Shown: piece by piece, positions 1 through 10,830 of the stretch
How the letters are laid out: each line of letters starts with the position of its first letter
How positions within the stretch are numbered: the first letter of the stretch is position 1
NCBI GenBank assembly: GCA_964291215.2
Contig: OZ219790.1
Span: 384,001 to 448,000, forward strand
Reading direction: 5' to 3'
DNA length: 64,000 nucleotides
DNA from: Alphaproteobacteria bacterium
Lineage (GTDB): Bacteria; Pseudomonadota; Alphaproteobacteria; MPNO01; UBA830
The notes under the pieces: generated by a model
The model's input: the letters and a program-made list of their open reading frames with translations, nothing else
What the model was told of the DNA's origin: nothing
The model's database searches: none
Program-made: the position numbers and the translations under genes

Positions 1-1
1 T

Positions 2-451
2 GCAGTCGGACGTATCGGCGTCAGGGCGCAGCGCCTGATCGACATCACCCACGAGGCGCTGATGCGAGCCATCGAAATCGTCCGACCAGGAACAACGCTC
101 GGCGACATCGGTCATGTCATCCAGCATTTTGTCGAGGGGCAGCGCTTCAGCGTCGTCCGCGATTTCTGCGGCCACGGCCTCGGCCGGATCTTCCACACAG
201 CGCCCAGCGTTCTTCACTACGGCAATCCCGGCGAGGGCATCAAGCTCCGCGAGGGCATGTTCTTCACGATCGAACCGATGATCAATGCCGGCCGCCCGGA
301 AACCAAGATTCTCAAGGACGGCTGGACGGCGGTAACGCGGGACCGTTCCCTGAGCGCACAGTTCGAGCACACGATCGCGGTAACTTCCGACGGCTGCGAG
401 ATATTTACGCTGTCCCCCAAGGGGTTCGACAAGCCGCCCTACAACACCTGA
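2..451 (+). CDS. map: Methionine aminopeptidase type I, 5'-partial
   Basis: Frame open from window start. Motifs DFCGHGLG..FH, FTIEPMIN and SAQFEHT are the MetAP metal-binding motifs. Confidence 0.95.
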   Translation, partial: AVGRIGVRAQRLIDITHEALMRAIEIVRPGTTLGDIGHVIQHFVEGQRFSVVRDFCGHGLGRIFHTAPSVLHYGNPGEGIKLREGMFFTIEPMINAGRPETKILKDGWTAVTRDRSLSAQFEHTIAVTSDGCEIFTLSPKGFDKPPYNT

Positions 452-493
452 ACGCGCGGTTCGCCCTCGCTGCGCCAGAAATCCTCCCCGATC

Positions 494-1354
494 CTACCGG
501 CCCTGCAGAAAGAGCACTTCCGGTTTTCTGGGCACCGTCCGCAGACTCACCGTGATCGTGTCGCTGTTATGCCACCGCACCGGCCATTTCTTTCTGGCCC
601 GCGCGACAAAGGCCTCGACGCCCGTCATCGAACCGTAATGCATCGGTATCACAAGACGGGCGCGGAGATCCGTCAGCACGCGGAACAGCTCGTCATGGCT
701 CATGGTCCACATGCCGTCGATCGGGGCGAACGCCACGTCGATGATACCGAGTTCCCGCAGCTGGTCCCTTGACAGGTAGTGATGCAGATGGCTGATATGT
801 ACAACGCACAAGCTGACGGCCTCGATCACGAACATCGAATTACCGTTGGCGAGCCGCCCGCCTCCCATATCGCGGAGGTTGGTCGGCACATTGCGCACCC
901 GGATGTCGCGAAAACGGAGATCGTGGCGAGCAATTCCTCCCGCCGGGTCCCAACCTCGCAGAACATGGGGAATCGCACTGTCCGGAGAGACCGAGTAATG
1001 CGTGTTGTGCGCGTTGTTCATGGTCACGATGTGCGGCGTCCGCTCACCCTGCACGTAGTCGTTGTAGTCGGTATGGACGAGTGCGCCCTCCGGACTTTCG
1101 ACCTCGAACGTCGAGTGTCCGATAAAGCGGATGTGAAGCTGGTCTCGGGCAAGGCCCGTCGTGGCGTTATCAGTGGAAGCGAGCCGGACATGGGGATGAA
1201 AGAATGATGGCACGCGCTGGCGCTCGACCATCCCTGCACAGGACGCAAACACTTGGGGCGCCGCACCCATGAGAAGGCAACAAGAGAACAGCAGGTGGAA
1301 CAGCCATCCGCGCAACCGGACCCCCAATTTTCTCGCGGCAAGGAATTCCTGCAT
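494..1354 (-). CDS. MBL-fold metallo-hydrolase, likely exported
   Basis: FIGHSTF, AHNTH, VVHISHLHH and VIPMHY motifs. Hydrophobic N-terminus resembles a signal peptide. Confidence 0.8.
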   Translation of the reverse strand: MQEFLAARKLGVRLRGWLFHLLFSCCLLMGAAPQVFASCAGMVERQRVPSFFHPHVRLASTDNATTGLARDQLHIRFIGHSTFEVESPEGALVHTDYNDYVQGERTPHIVTMNNAHNTHYSVSPDSAIPHVLRGWDPAGGIARHDLRFRDIRVRNVPTNLRDMGGGRLANGNSMFVIEAVSLCVVHISHLHHYLSRDQLRELGIIDVAFAPIDGMWTMSHDELFRVLTDLRARLVIPMHYGSMTGVEAFVARARKKWPVRWHNSDTITVSLRTVPRKPEVLFLQGR

Positions 1355-1573
1355 GTCCGGACTCCCGCATTAGAGCGGGACCGCCGGTGACGGGGAGTCG
1401 GCACCGTCGCGGCCGCGCCGTCAGGTTAGCAAGGACCCAATCATACCGACAGGGCAGAGTTGCACAAGCGGCATTTCGGCGGCTCCCGGTAGCGATGGCT
1501 GACCGGCGGGCTCCACAGGAACCCCGAGATGCGGATCGATACCGCGATCGGACAGATGGACGCCGGGACGTTC

Positions 1574-2566
1574 CTACTCGAACGGCAGCAGAACCGTTGC
1601 TCCGGTCGTTCGCCGAGCCTCGATCATGCGGTGAGCCTCGGCCGCTTCGCGGAGTGGGTAAGCATGATTCACGGCGGCCTTGACTGCTCCGCTCTGGACC
1701 ACCTCGAACAGCTCCCCAGCCCCTGAAACGAGGTCCTCCCGCCTGGCCATGTAGTGCATGATGGCCGGCCGCGTGAGGAACAACGAGCCGCGCGCGCCGA
1801 GCTCAATCACATCGACCGGATCGGGCGGGCCGGAGGCATGACCGTAGCTTGCCATCATGCCGAGCGGACGCAGGCAATCCATCGAGCGGCGAAACGTGTC
1901 CTTTCCGATCGATTCATAGACCACCGCACAGCCTTCGCCATCGGTCACATCCCGGACGGTTGCAACGAAATCTCCCTCGCCGTGAACCACCGCGTAGTCG
2001 CAACCGGCAACACGGGCCTGTTCCGCCTTTTCTGCAGTGCTTACGGTCCCAATCACGATTACACCGAGATGCTTGCCCCACTGGCAAAGAATCTGACCCA
2101 TGCCGCCCGCGGCAGCATGCACAAGGATCACGTCGCCAGGCTTCACTCTGTAGGTTCGCCGAAGGAGATATTGCGCGGTCAATCCCTTGAGCATCAGGGC
2201 CGCAACATCCCGTGCCTCGATTCCGTCAGGCACCCGAACCACTTTTTCCGCCGGATAGATCCGTTCCTGACTGTACGCGCCGTGCGGCGGCATGGCGTAG
2301 GCGATCCTGTCGCCCGAAGACAAGCCTTCGACTCCTTCGCCGATGTCGACAACCACGCCCGCGCCCTCGAAACCGAGCACAAGGGGCAATGCAGGAACCG
2401 GCCAAGGGTGCGACATTCCGCGGCGGTGGTAGGTATCCACGTAATTTACCCCCACCGCCTCGTTGCGAACGCGTACCTCGCCCCTTCCAGGCGCCCCGAC
2501 CTCGACTTCTTCCCAGCGAAAGACGTCAGGAGCGCCCTTCTCATGGATTACTGCCGCCATCGGCAT
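1574..2566 (-). CDS. qor: NADPH:quinone oxidoreductase (zeta-crystallin/MDR family)
   Basis: GVNYVDTYHR, LGFEGAG, HAAAGGMG, GSLFLTRP and TTGATVL motifs. Confidence 0.9.
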   Translation of the reverse strand: MPMAAVIHEKGAPDVFRWEEVEVGAPGRGEVRVRNEAVGVNYVDTYHRRGMSHPWPVPALPLVLGFEGAGVVVDIGEGVEGLSSGDRIAYAMPPHGAYSQERIYPAEKVVRVPDGIEARDVAALMLKGLTAQYLLRRTYRVKPGDVILVHAAAGGMGQILCQWGKHLGVIVIGTVSTAEKAEQARVAGCDYAVVHGEGDFVATVRDVTDGEGCAVVYESIGKDTFRRSMDCLRPLGMMASYGHASGPPDPVDVIELGARGSLFLTRPAIMHYMARREDLVSGAGELFEVVQSGAVKAAVNHAYPLREAAEAHRMIEARRTTGATVLLPFE

Positions 2567-3047
2567 TCGAACTCTCCGTAGCCGGTTGCAGAATGGCGCA
2601 AGATAACAGCAAGCCGCACTGCCTCCAACGCTGGCACGACATTGCGACTTCAGCCGCCAATGTCCTGACGCCGCGGATCAAGGGGTGGCTGGTCGCAGGG
2701 CTCACGGATCGGCCACGAACCGGGGAGTACCTCGCGGGGCGCTTGCCTGACACTGCAACAATGCCGGACCAGGCGGGAGGCGCCTACCCTCGGAGACGGC
2801 AGTCCAGAAATTTCCCATTGTCCGGCACCGCCATAACGGCATCGGGAGACTGCTCAAGCGGCGCGAAACCGCATGCCGTCCTCGGGCACCGAACTAACCT
2901 GGCTTGGAAATTGCCCGGATCACCAAGCCTAGTGCTGCCGCGGCGATTGAAACGACCCGGTATGTCTTCCGGTCTGTTCCTGTTCACCCCTTGGCCGCAT
3001 CCGCTTGGCCTGCGGTGGTCTCCCGGGGGACCGCCAAGCCTCCGGCT

Positions 3048-4373
3048 TCACGGATTTCCGAAAACATCCCATTCGACGAGCAGCTTCTGCACGCCCCGGA
3101 ATGTCAGGGTAGGAATGTACTCCCATTGCTGGCCGGGCACCAACCGCATGTGCGGCAGCCGCCGCGCCAACTCCTCGAGGACGATCCTCAACTCCAGCCG
3201 CGCAAGCGGTGCGCCCATACAGAAATGCGCACCGTGGCCGAATGCCAGATGCCTTTTTGCCTGCTTCCGGAAGATATTGAAACTGTCGCCGTCAGCAAAG
3301 ACCTTCCCGTCACGGCTGCCCGAACCCAGCGCAGTCAGGATCCTGGCCCCCTTCGGAATGTCTAGTCCTCTGATCCTGGTGTCCCTCGTGGCAATGCGCC
3401 GCCATGTGAAGATCGACGAATCGTAGCGCAGAATCTCCTCGACCGCAGCGGGAATCAGGCTGGGATCCTCACAGATCGCCTCCCACTGCCTGCGGTCGGC
3501 AAGCAGCGCCTTCATACCGTTGGCGGCAGTCTGGGTGGTCGTTTCATGGCCGGCAAACTGCATCAGGAACATGACGTTGCAGAGATAGTTGACCGTGAAG
3601 ATGCCGGGATCCTCGCGGTGGAGACGGACCAGATCTCCCAGGTAGTTGTCCCCGGGATCTGTCAGCGCGTCATCGACCAGTTTCTTCGTGAAGGCCCAAT
3701 GCTCTCCCATCTGCGCCATCATCCGAACCTGTTCGGCTTCGGTCGGCCGGCCCCAGTTGACGACGGCCCTGGACGAGCCGAGCCTCTTGACCATGACCGC
3801 CTTGTCGTCATCCGCGCCGAGAAAGATGAAGATGGCGAGCGCGGGAACCTCATAGAGCATCTGGCCTACCAATTCCGCACGGCCATCATCGACGAAACGG
3901 TCGATATAGTCGCTGACGATCTCGCGGATCCTGGGCTCGATCTCGGCCACGCGCTTCGGTGTAAACGCATCGCCGAATATCTTGCGGTGGCGAAGATGCG
4001 TGTCCTGCTCCTCGTCGACGAGCGACGGCTCGATCGAGATGTCGAGGCTGTCGCGCATCTCTGCCGCCGCCGGACACAGCGGAGTTACCGGATGCCTGGC
4101 AAGCGCGGCCGAAAACGTTGCCGGATCGCGCAGGACAGCTACGATATCGTCATAGTTGAGAACGACCCAGTAACCGGACTCGGGATCGTAGAAGACAGGT
4201 TCCTCGTCCCGGGCGCGCCTGAAGAACTTGAAGGGATCGGCAACATGGGAGGCGCCAAAAGGGTCGAACTCGGCTGCCATTCCCGTAACCGGGCACGCCG
4301 GCCGCGCCTCGCGGCTCGCAGCCCATTCCTCCGGGCTCGACTGAAACATTCCCAGATTCTGGTCGTCCGACAC
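3048..4373 (-). CDS. Cytochrome P450, CYP116-like haem domain without fused reductase
   Basis: AGHETT (I-helix), EEILR (ExxR) and FGHGAHFCMG (haem Cys). The N-terminal CPV..AAEFDPF..EPVFY..GYWVV resembles CYP116. Confidence 0.9.
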   Translation of the reverse strand: MSDDQNLGMFQSSPEEWAASREARPACPVTGMAAEFDPFGASHVADPFKFFRRARDEEPVFYDPESGYWVVLNYDDIVAVLRDPATFSAALARHPVTPLCPAAAEMRDSLDISIEPSLVDEEQDTHLRHRKIFGDAFTPKRVAEIEPRIREIVSDYIDRFVDDGRAELVGQMLYEVPALAIFIFLGADDDKAVMVKRLGSSRAVVNWGRPTEAEQVRMMAQMGEHWAFTKKLVDDALTDPGDNYLGDLVRLHREDPGIFTVNYLCNVMFLMQFAGHETTTQTAANGMKALLADRRQWEAICEDPSLIPAAVEEILRYDSSIFTWRRIATRDTRIRGLDIPKGARILTALGSGSRDGKVFADGDSFNIFRKQAKRHLAFGHGAHFCMGAPLARLELRIVLEELARRLPHMRLVPGQQWEYIPTLTFRGVQKLLVEWDVFGNP

Positions 4374-4556
4374 GCAACCTCTCCGATCCGTTTGCGAAGC
4401 CTATTCGTTAGTGAACCTAAGCTTTCAGGACGCCAGATGCAAATTTCACGCAACAGAAACCGGACTGCGCGGAGGGCCGCGCGGTATACCGCGACGACGG
4501 GCGCCAACGTGCCGAAACCTCCGTCGGCAACCCTTCGCCAACAGTAACTGCCCACC

Positions 4557-4587
4557 AAAAGAAACGGGGTGCCCAACGGACACCCCG
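4557..4587 (-). terminator. Rho-independent terminator downstream of the UbiD gene
   Basis: On the minus strand: CGGGGTGTCC-GTT-GGGCACCCCG followed by TTTCTTTT. Confidence 0.75.
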
Positions 4588-4634
4588 CCCCTGATGTCAT
4601 GTCCAGCCAGAACGCGTGTCCGACCATCAGGTTC

Positions 4635-6212
4635 CTAGCGGCCGGTCCGCGCCAGGCTCTGGACCCAGCCCTTCATGCGGTCCTTGGCATTGGCGATCTG
4701 CCCATCGTCGAACCACTTGGAGAGCGAAACCTTGTCCACGGCATAGACGGGCCGCAGGAAGTCGCTCTCGTAACCGAACGGAACGGTCGCATCAATCCCC
4801 ATCCCGCCCTCGAAACGGGTGTTCGACGCGGTCCATTCCTTGTCTCCGGCGGTCATGCGCTCGGCAGGCATGAAGGTCTGGCCGCGCCCCCCCGGGATCG
4901 GATTGAGGATGTCCGTGTGGGGGTTCACCCGGGTGGTCATATTCCACATGATGTCGTCCATGTCATACGGATCCGAATCCTCGGACACGGCGAAGCACAG
5001 GCGCGAGCCCTGCGAGGTGGAGAGGATTGCCGCCATGAAGTTGCGCTGCCACCCCTCGTCGATCTTGTTCCGCTTCTTGACCTGGATGATGGCACCGCCC
5101 CAGTCCGTCATGCAGTAGGGGATGACGACATCCTGGATGATTCCGGGCTGCATGCGCTCGCAGAGCGCGAACATTGCCGCCTCGCGGACCGTCGTGTCGA
5201 TATTGTGGTCGTCCAGCGTATGTACGCCGAGCGCGAAGATGATCGGCTTGGTGGCCGCCTTGCGCATGGTGACGGCGGTGACATGGAAGGTCGGCGCCTT
5301 GTAGGCCTTGCCCATGTAGCCGGCCCATTCCGGATGGAAATGGAAGCGTCCCTGAATGCCGGCCTCTTCGGCTTCTGCAGTTTCGTAGCGGCGGTCGCGC
5401 GGATTGACGTAGCCCTCGAGCACAACCTCGCAGTCGGCGACGGCGTAAGCATCGACCGTGCGCGCCTTCACGAGACGTACGGGCTGGCCCTGCACGGCGC
5501 CGGCGATTCCGATCTCGTCACAGCCCTGCGGCAGGATCACATAGTCGAACCCGGCCCCCGCCAGCAGCGTGCAGCTCGGCGGCAGGCCGAAGCACATCGT
5601 GATCGGAACCGGCTCGTCATCCTTGTAATGCTTGGACACCACCTGCCACATGTGCGAGCCTGGCGAGATCTGGAACGTGCCGACATTGCCCCAGCGGAAG
5701 TTCATGCGGTTGTAGCCGAGGTCCGTTCCGCCGTCGAAATACTTGCCCGCCACCACACGGTTGCCGGAGCCAACGGTCAGTTCGGGCTCGTATTCGGTGT
5801 GCCGGATCGGCACCATGAACTCGTTGACGTCGGCGGGGTTCTCGATCACCTCCTCCTGGCAGGGCGCCTCGTCCTGGCCGATCTCGACAGGTGGCAGCGG
5901 ATGTTCGAGCGCCCACGCAAGCTTGCGCGTGCGATCCGTGTCATCGGTCCAGCCAAACATCTTGTTGATGATGTTCATGTCCCCAAAGAGATTGGTGACC
6001 ACCCGGTGATTTGGCTTGTTCTTGACGTTGTTGAACAGGATCGGACAGCCGCCGTCCATGTTCTTCTGGATAGCCGTGATCTCCAGATCAGGATCCACTT
6101 CGACATCGGTCTCGATGAGATCGCCTTCCTGCTTGAGCCACTCAAGAGTGCCCCGGAGATCAACAATCAGTTCCGATGCCATGCCCGGCATCTCGATTTG
6201 CGCTGCACACAT
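4635..6212 (-). CDS. UbiD-family prFMN-dependent decarboxylase, phthaloyl-CoA decarboxylase-like
   Basis: Probable ATG at 6212 after a GAGGAG RBS. Motifs GYNRMNFRWG, EVVLEG, HPEWAGYMG and GIDATVP; ~525 aa. Confidence 0.88.
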   Translation of the reverse strand: MCAAQIEMPGMASELIVDLRGTLEWLKQEGDLIETDVEVDPDLEITAIQKNMDGGCPILFNNVKNKPNHRVVTNLFGDMNIINKMFGWTDDTDRTRKLAWALEHPLPPVEIGQDEAPCQEEVIENPADVNEFMVPIRHTEYEPELTVGSGNRVVAGKYFDGGTDLGYNRMNFRWGNVGTFQISPGSHMWQVVSKHYKDDEPVPITMCFGLPPSCTLLAGAGFDYVILPQGCDEIGIAGAVQGQPVRLVKARTVDAYAVADCEVVLEGYVNPRDRRYETAEAEEAGIQGRFHFHPEWAGYMGKAYKAPTFHVTAVTMRKAATKPIIFALGVHTLDDHNIDTTVREAAMFALCERMQPGIIQDVVIPYCMTDWGGAIIQVKKRNKIDEGWQRNFMAAILSTSQGSRLCFAVSEDSDPYDMDDIMWNMTTRVNPHTDILNPIPGGRGQTFMPAERMTAGDKEWTASNTRFEGGMGIDATVPFGYESDFLRPVYAVDKVSLSKWFDDGQIANAKDRMKGWVQSLARTGR

Positions 6213-6239
6213 CTTGTATTTCTCCTCTTGCCGCTTCGA

Positions 6240-6292
6240 TTGCCGCGTTTGTCGGCGGCGGAAGCGGATCGGTTGCCGCGTTTGTCGGCGGC
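6240..6292. repeat. Two 20-bp direct repeats TTGCCGCGTTTGTCGGCGGC in the UbiD leader
   Basis: Exact copies at 6240-6259 and 6273-6292. Confidence 0.85.
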
Positions 6293-6567
6293 CGGAAAAC
6301 CTCCCGGAAGTACATCCGGAAAGTGATTGACAGGCCGGTGCGTTGGAGAAAATGGGTTCCAGAACGCTGCGTGGACCAGTTGGTGATCCTGCGCCGACGG
6401 CGCGCAGCGCCGCTCTTTTCCGCCAGCCTGTAGGCGTCCTGGTATCGCAAACTTGTTGCAAATGCAAACATGACGAACGCCGCGAGCCCGGATGTGGCGC
6501 GGTTCGCGGCCAAAACGCTCGAAGCGCTGCACGCATTCTTCTGCCGGCGAGCAGCCGGCGCAGGGAT

Positions 6568-7764
6568 TCAGGCAGTGGCCTTCTTGTCAGCCACACGAGG
6601 CGAGAATCTCAGCCACACGGTGACCACCAGCACGATGACGACCAGCGGCGCCATAACCAGATTGACCGCAACCCAGCCGATCATCTCCTGGACCATTCCC
6701 GCCGTGACGACGCCGACCGAAATCGTTCCCCAGATGACAAAATCGTTGAACCCCTGGACCTTGGCCTTCTCCTCGGGTGTGTAGGTCTCGGTCACAAGCG
6801 CCGTGCCGCCGGTGAACAGGAAGTTCCAGCCGACACCCACCAGCACCATCGCCGAAAGAAAGTTCAGGAATTCGATTCCGGAAAGGCCAATCACGATGCT
6901 GCCGAGGCACAGCACCGCCCCCGAGATCAGGATATTGTCGACGCCGAACCAGCCGATCAGGTGCCCGGTGATGAAGGCCGGCAGATACATGCCGAGCACA
7001 TGGGCCTGGATCACGTAGGACGAATCCGAGAACGTGAAGCCGCAAACGCTCATCGCTATCGGCGTCACCGTCATCAGGAACGACATCACCAGATAGCCGA
7101 AGGTCGCTGCGCACACCGCAATCAGGAACTTGCGCTGGCGCACTATCTCTATGAGCGGCCGCCCCCGCTTCTGCCGCGACCGGCGTACCGGTTTCGGAAT
7201 GTCGACGAAGCTGACGACGAAGGCGACAGCCAGATAGACGATGATCAGGGCTGCGAATATTCCGGCAAATCCGACCGGAAGGATATCGACCGTATTGCGC
7301 GCCAGGGTCGGTCCAAAAAACGCCGCGAGCACGCTGCCGGCGAGCACGTAGGAGATGGCCTTGCTGCGGAACTCCACGGTTGCCGTGTCGGCGGCGGCGA
7401 ACCGGAAGAAATGGCAGAACCCGTTGAAACTGCCAATAAGCGCCGTAGACACGCAAAACAGCACGAAACTGCCCGTCATGATCGCATGGACGCCGACTGC
7501 CGCACCGACAACCGCAATTCCGGCGCCGGTAATGAACCCGATCCGGCGGCCCACCCGCTCCATGTACAGCGAAGCCGGAATCGTGGTCAGCGCCATGGCC
7601 ACGAACTGCAGGGCGATCGGCAGCGTGACCAGCACCTTGTCGGTCGTCAACAGGATGCCGCCGATGATCGGCGCCGAGGCGATGATCGCCGAGGTCGACG
7701 TCATGAACAGGGCCTGGCAGCAAGCAAGGAGCAGAATGTTCCTCCGGACCGGATTGACACTCAT
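6568..7764 (-). CDS. MFS transporter
   Basis: Probable start MSVNPVRRN at 7764. About 12 hydrophobic segments; ERVGRR loop, RFAAAD and EKAKVQGFND motifs. Confidence 0.9.
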   Translation of the reverse strand: MSVNPVRRNILLLACCQALFMTSTSAIIASAPIIGGILLTTDKVLVTLPIALQFVAMALTTIPASLYMERVGRRIGFITGAGIAVVGAAVGVHAIMTGSFVLFCVSTALIGSFNGFCHFFRFAAADTATVEFRSKAISYVLAGSVLAAFFGPTLARNTVDILPVGFAGIFAALIIVYLAVAFVVSFVDIPKPVRRSRQKRGRPLIEIVRQRKFLIAVCAATFGYLVMSFLMTVTPIAMSVCGFTFSDSSYVIQAHVLGMYLPAFITGHLIGWFGVDNILISGAVLCLGSIVIGLSGIEFLNFLSAMVLVGVGWNFLFTGGTALVTETYTPEEKAKVQGFNDFVIWGTISVGVVTAGMVQEMIGWVAVNLVMAPLVVIVLVVTVWLRFSPRVADKKATA

Positions 7765-8084
7765 GGCGAACCACTCCTTCCTGGCGACAGATAGCAAATC
7801 GCTGCACCATTGTAACAGGCCTGCAATACGCCATTTCCTCCGGCGCCGGATGCCAGGCCGTTCCCTTCGCCTCCGTCCGCCCGCGCCGCGTCGATTCGCC
7901 GATGGCGCTTTTTCCCGGCGAGCAGGAAACGCAGGCATTCATGTACCTGCCGGATCCGGACATCGCTTGACGGAGTCGAAACACCTCTTTCAGGCTCGGT
8001 TTCCCGAAACTGCAACCTTGGTCGGAACAGGAAACGGCCCCGATGTCGGACCCGCCCCATCACAGTCCGGCCGCACGCGCTGCC

Positions 8085-8591
8085 CTATTCGGCGATGACG
8101 TAGCGGTCGCGGGGCACGCCAGTCAGATCCCGGCCCAGGACGCGGATAAGGCGTGTGCTGTCAGCGCGGCTGGGCGCGTGCAGGTCTCCCTCATTGTAGA
8201 GGTGCGCCTTGCCCGGCGTCAGATCGTATACGGCCTTCTCCCGCACTCTGCCGGGCTCGCCATCCGCCGGCTCTGCAATCTTCTCCCAGTCCCTCATGAT
8301 GGTCACACCCTCGGCCTGGCCATAGATCGCCCAGCTCGGGCCGTGATCATGCGGCGACGAGCCCTTTGCGCCCTCGTTGACATGGGCAAGGATGCAGAAC
8401 TTGTGCCTGTCGTCCTCGTAAAGAACGCGGCGCCCCGCCATATTGCCCGGTCCGAGATGGGTTCGGACGAATTCGCGGTCGGTGCACGCTCTTTCGGTGA
8501 ACTTCCGGACTTCCTCGCGCCCCACCGGTCCGGGATCCCTGTCCAGCGCCGCGCGGCAGTCGGCGGCGAATTGCTCAAGCGTGTAGGCCAT
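8085..8591 (-). CDS. Cysteine-dioxygenase-like cupin
   Basis: Start MAYTLEQF. SSPHDHGPSWAIYGQ plus GDLH give the 3-His cupin motif. Confidence 0.75.
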   Translation of the reverse strand: MAYTLEQFAADCRAALDRDPGPVGREEVRKFTERACTDREFVRTHLGPGNMAGRRVLYEDDRHKFCILAHVNEGAKGSSPHDHGPSWAIYGQAEGVTIMRDWEKIAEPADGEPGRVREKAVYDLTPGKAHLYNEGDLHAPSRADSTRLIRVLGRDLTGVPRDRYVIAE

Positions 8592-8790
8592 CTCAACCAC
8601 TTCTTGCTCGCGAATACCGATACCCATCCTATCACGGTACCGGACCCGCCGCACAATCTCGTCCCTGAGGACAGCAACCTCAACTGCAGCGACAGACGAC
8701 AAGTCCGGTTGTCCAAAGACCGGCCGCGAACGGTCCGGTCTTCGGCAACGATTTCGCGAAGGGAAACCGGCCCCGTTTCTCCGCACCGCG

Positions 8791-9282
8791 CTGTTCAGCA
8801 TCGGCCTGCAGGCAATCGATCTCGACCCGCTCACGGAGTTCTACAAGACTGCACCGGGCTATCTCGTCACCGAGCGCGACTATCGCGACGCCGTTGACGA
8901 CCTCCCGGCACCGAACGTCGTCTTCCTCACTCGCGACCCGGAAAGTCGCGAGATCGTCCTCGTCGTGGGACGGCGCACCACCGTACCGAGCAGCATCAGA
9001 CAGTCCGCTTTCCACGTGCCTTCTGCGCTTCGCGACGTGCATGAACGCCTGCGCACGCACCCAGAGGTCAGCAGCTATCATCCGGTCGATCATGACAACC
9101 CGTTCTCGCTCTACTGCAACGATCCCGAGAACAACACGCTTGAGCTGAGCCGTGAATCGACCTGGTACATGCTGGCACCAAGTGTCCGGACGCTCGATTT
9201 TTCGGTGTCGAACGAGGAGACGCTGCGCGTCTCGAAGAAGAGAGGCCATTCGATGACCGGTTTCATGATGCGTGAAGAGTGA
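8791..9282 (+). pseudogene. Degraded VOC/glyoxalase-family gene
   Basis: Frame reads FSIGLQAIDLDPLTEFY..VFLTRDPE..SLYCNDPENNTLEL. No upstream start codon, and conserved His residues appear lost. Confidence 0.6.
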
Positions 9283-9510
9283 ACGGCCCGCGCCGAGCTG
9301 TTCGAAGGGCCGGTTCGAAGCCGAGGAACTGGTCGCCCATATCCCCTGAATAGCCGTCCCCGGTGATTTCCGGAAGGCCGCATGCGGTGAAGTCGGTGTC
9401 CCGGCCTTGTGCTGCCTGTCTGGGCGACATCGCAATTCTCGACCGCGATTCACGGCCGCCATGGTCGGGTGCTATCTTCACCGCGCACCGTACCGTACCC
9501 GGATCCCCAC

Positions 9511-10782
9511 ATGATGCGCTCACAGGTGATCTCCCTCTGGGACATGACCGCGAATGAAACCGATGTCCTGGCGCCGATGGATGGCGATGTCGAGGCCGAT
9601 CTGGCGATCATCGGGGGCGGTTTCACCGGGTTGTCTACGGCGTTGCACGCGGCCCAGCGCGGACTCGACTGCCATATAGTGGAAGCCCGTCGGGTCGGTT
9701 ACGGCGGATCGGGCCGCAATGTCGGCCTGGTCAATGCGGGGCTCTGGCTGCCACCTCAGGATGTGCGCGCACGGCTCGGCGACGCGCGTGGATCGGCGCT
9801 GGTCAGGGCGCTCGGGGACGCACCCGACTATGTAATGTCTCTGGTAGAACGGTACCGGATACGATGCGAGGCGACACGGAGCGGCACCATCCATGCGGCG
9901 CATTCGCCGCGCGGATACGAGGATTTGGCGCGGCGCGCAGAGGAATGGCACCGGCTGGGCGCGCCCGTGGACTTGCTGTCGCGGACGGAGGCGTCTGCCA
10001 GGATCGGCAGCGATGCATTCCACGGTGGCCTGCTCGATCACCGTGCGGGAACCATCAACCCGATGGGATATGCCCGGGGACTCGCACGAGCCGCGCTCGA
10101 CGCCGGAGCCCGAATATCGGTCGGCGTCACAGCACGCCGCCTTCGTCGCGACGACGGCAGGTGGATCGTCGAGACCGATCGGGGCCGGGTTTCAGCAGCA
10201 GCAATCGTGCTCGGAACCAACGCGTATACGGACGATTTGTGGCCGGGGCTGAAACGGACATTCACGGTCATCCACTTCTTCCAGGTTGCAACCGCGCCGC
10301 TCGGCGACCGAGCGGACTTCATCCTGCCCGGTGGAGAGGGGTTATGGGATACGGGCACGATCATGCTGTCACTCCGCCGGGATGCGTTCGGACGCCTGGT
10401 CATCGGTTCGATGGGCAGCGTGATGGGCGGCCGCAACGGGCTGTCACGACGGTGGGCAGCACGCCGGATCCGGCGGCTTTTCCCCGGGCTCGGCGCCGTC
10501 GAGATCGAGACGGCATGGCACGGATCGATCGCCATGACGCCCGACCATCTGCCCCGGATCTACCGCCTGGCCGACGGACTCTACACGCCCATCGGCTATA
10601 ACGGGCGCGGGATCACCCCTGGCACGATTTTCGGCAAGGCAATGGCCGAACTGCTGTCCGGCGGCCGGGAAGACGACCTGCCGCTGCCGGTCTCCGAACC
10701 GCGGCGCGCAGCATCAGCCCCGGTCATGTCGCAAATCTATCGGGCAGTGTTTGCCGCAAACCAGGTCGTCGGGTCGTTCTGA
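9511..10782 (+). CDS. FAD-dependent amine/amino-acid oxidoreductase (DadA/PuuB-like)
   Basis: IIGGGFTGLS, GGSGRNVG and GYNGRGI motifs. Confidence 0.88.
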   Translation: MMRSQVISLWDMTANETDVLAPMDGDVEADLAIIGGGFTGLSTALHAAQRGLDCHIVEARRVGYGGSGRNVGLVNAGLWLPPQDVRARLGDARGSALVRALGDAPDYVMSLVERYRIRCEATRSGTIHAAHSPRGYEDLARRAEEWHRLGAPVDLLSRTEASARIGSDAFHGGLLDHRAGTINPMGYARGLARAALDAGARISVGVTARRLRRDDGRWIVETDRGRVSAAAIVLGTNAYTDDLWPGLKRTFTVIHFFQVATAPLGDRADFILPGGEGLWDTGTIMLSLRRDAFGRLVIGSMGSVMGGRNGLSRRWAARRIRRLFPGLGAVEIETAWHGSIAMTPDHLPRIYRLADGLYTPIGYNGRGITPGTIFGKAMAELLSGGREDDLPLPVSEPRRAASAPVMSQIYRAVFAANQVVGSF

Positions 10783-10830
10783 CACGTCGCCGCCGGCAAC
10801 CCGAACACAGGCAGAGAAACGGAGAACGAC

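Noticed and set aside
2632-2645. Sigma-54 promoter TGGCACGACATTGC
   Set aside because: The GG-GC spacing is one base short and it points away from the adjacent gene.
4569-6326. Long antisense ORFs (also 22882-24312, 45137-47305, 50800-52272 and others)
   Set aside because: Shadow ORFs opposite real genes, expected in high-GC DNA.
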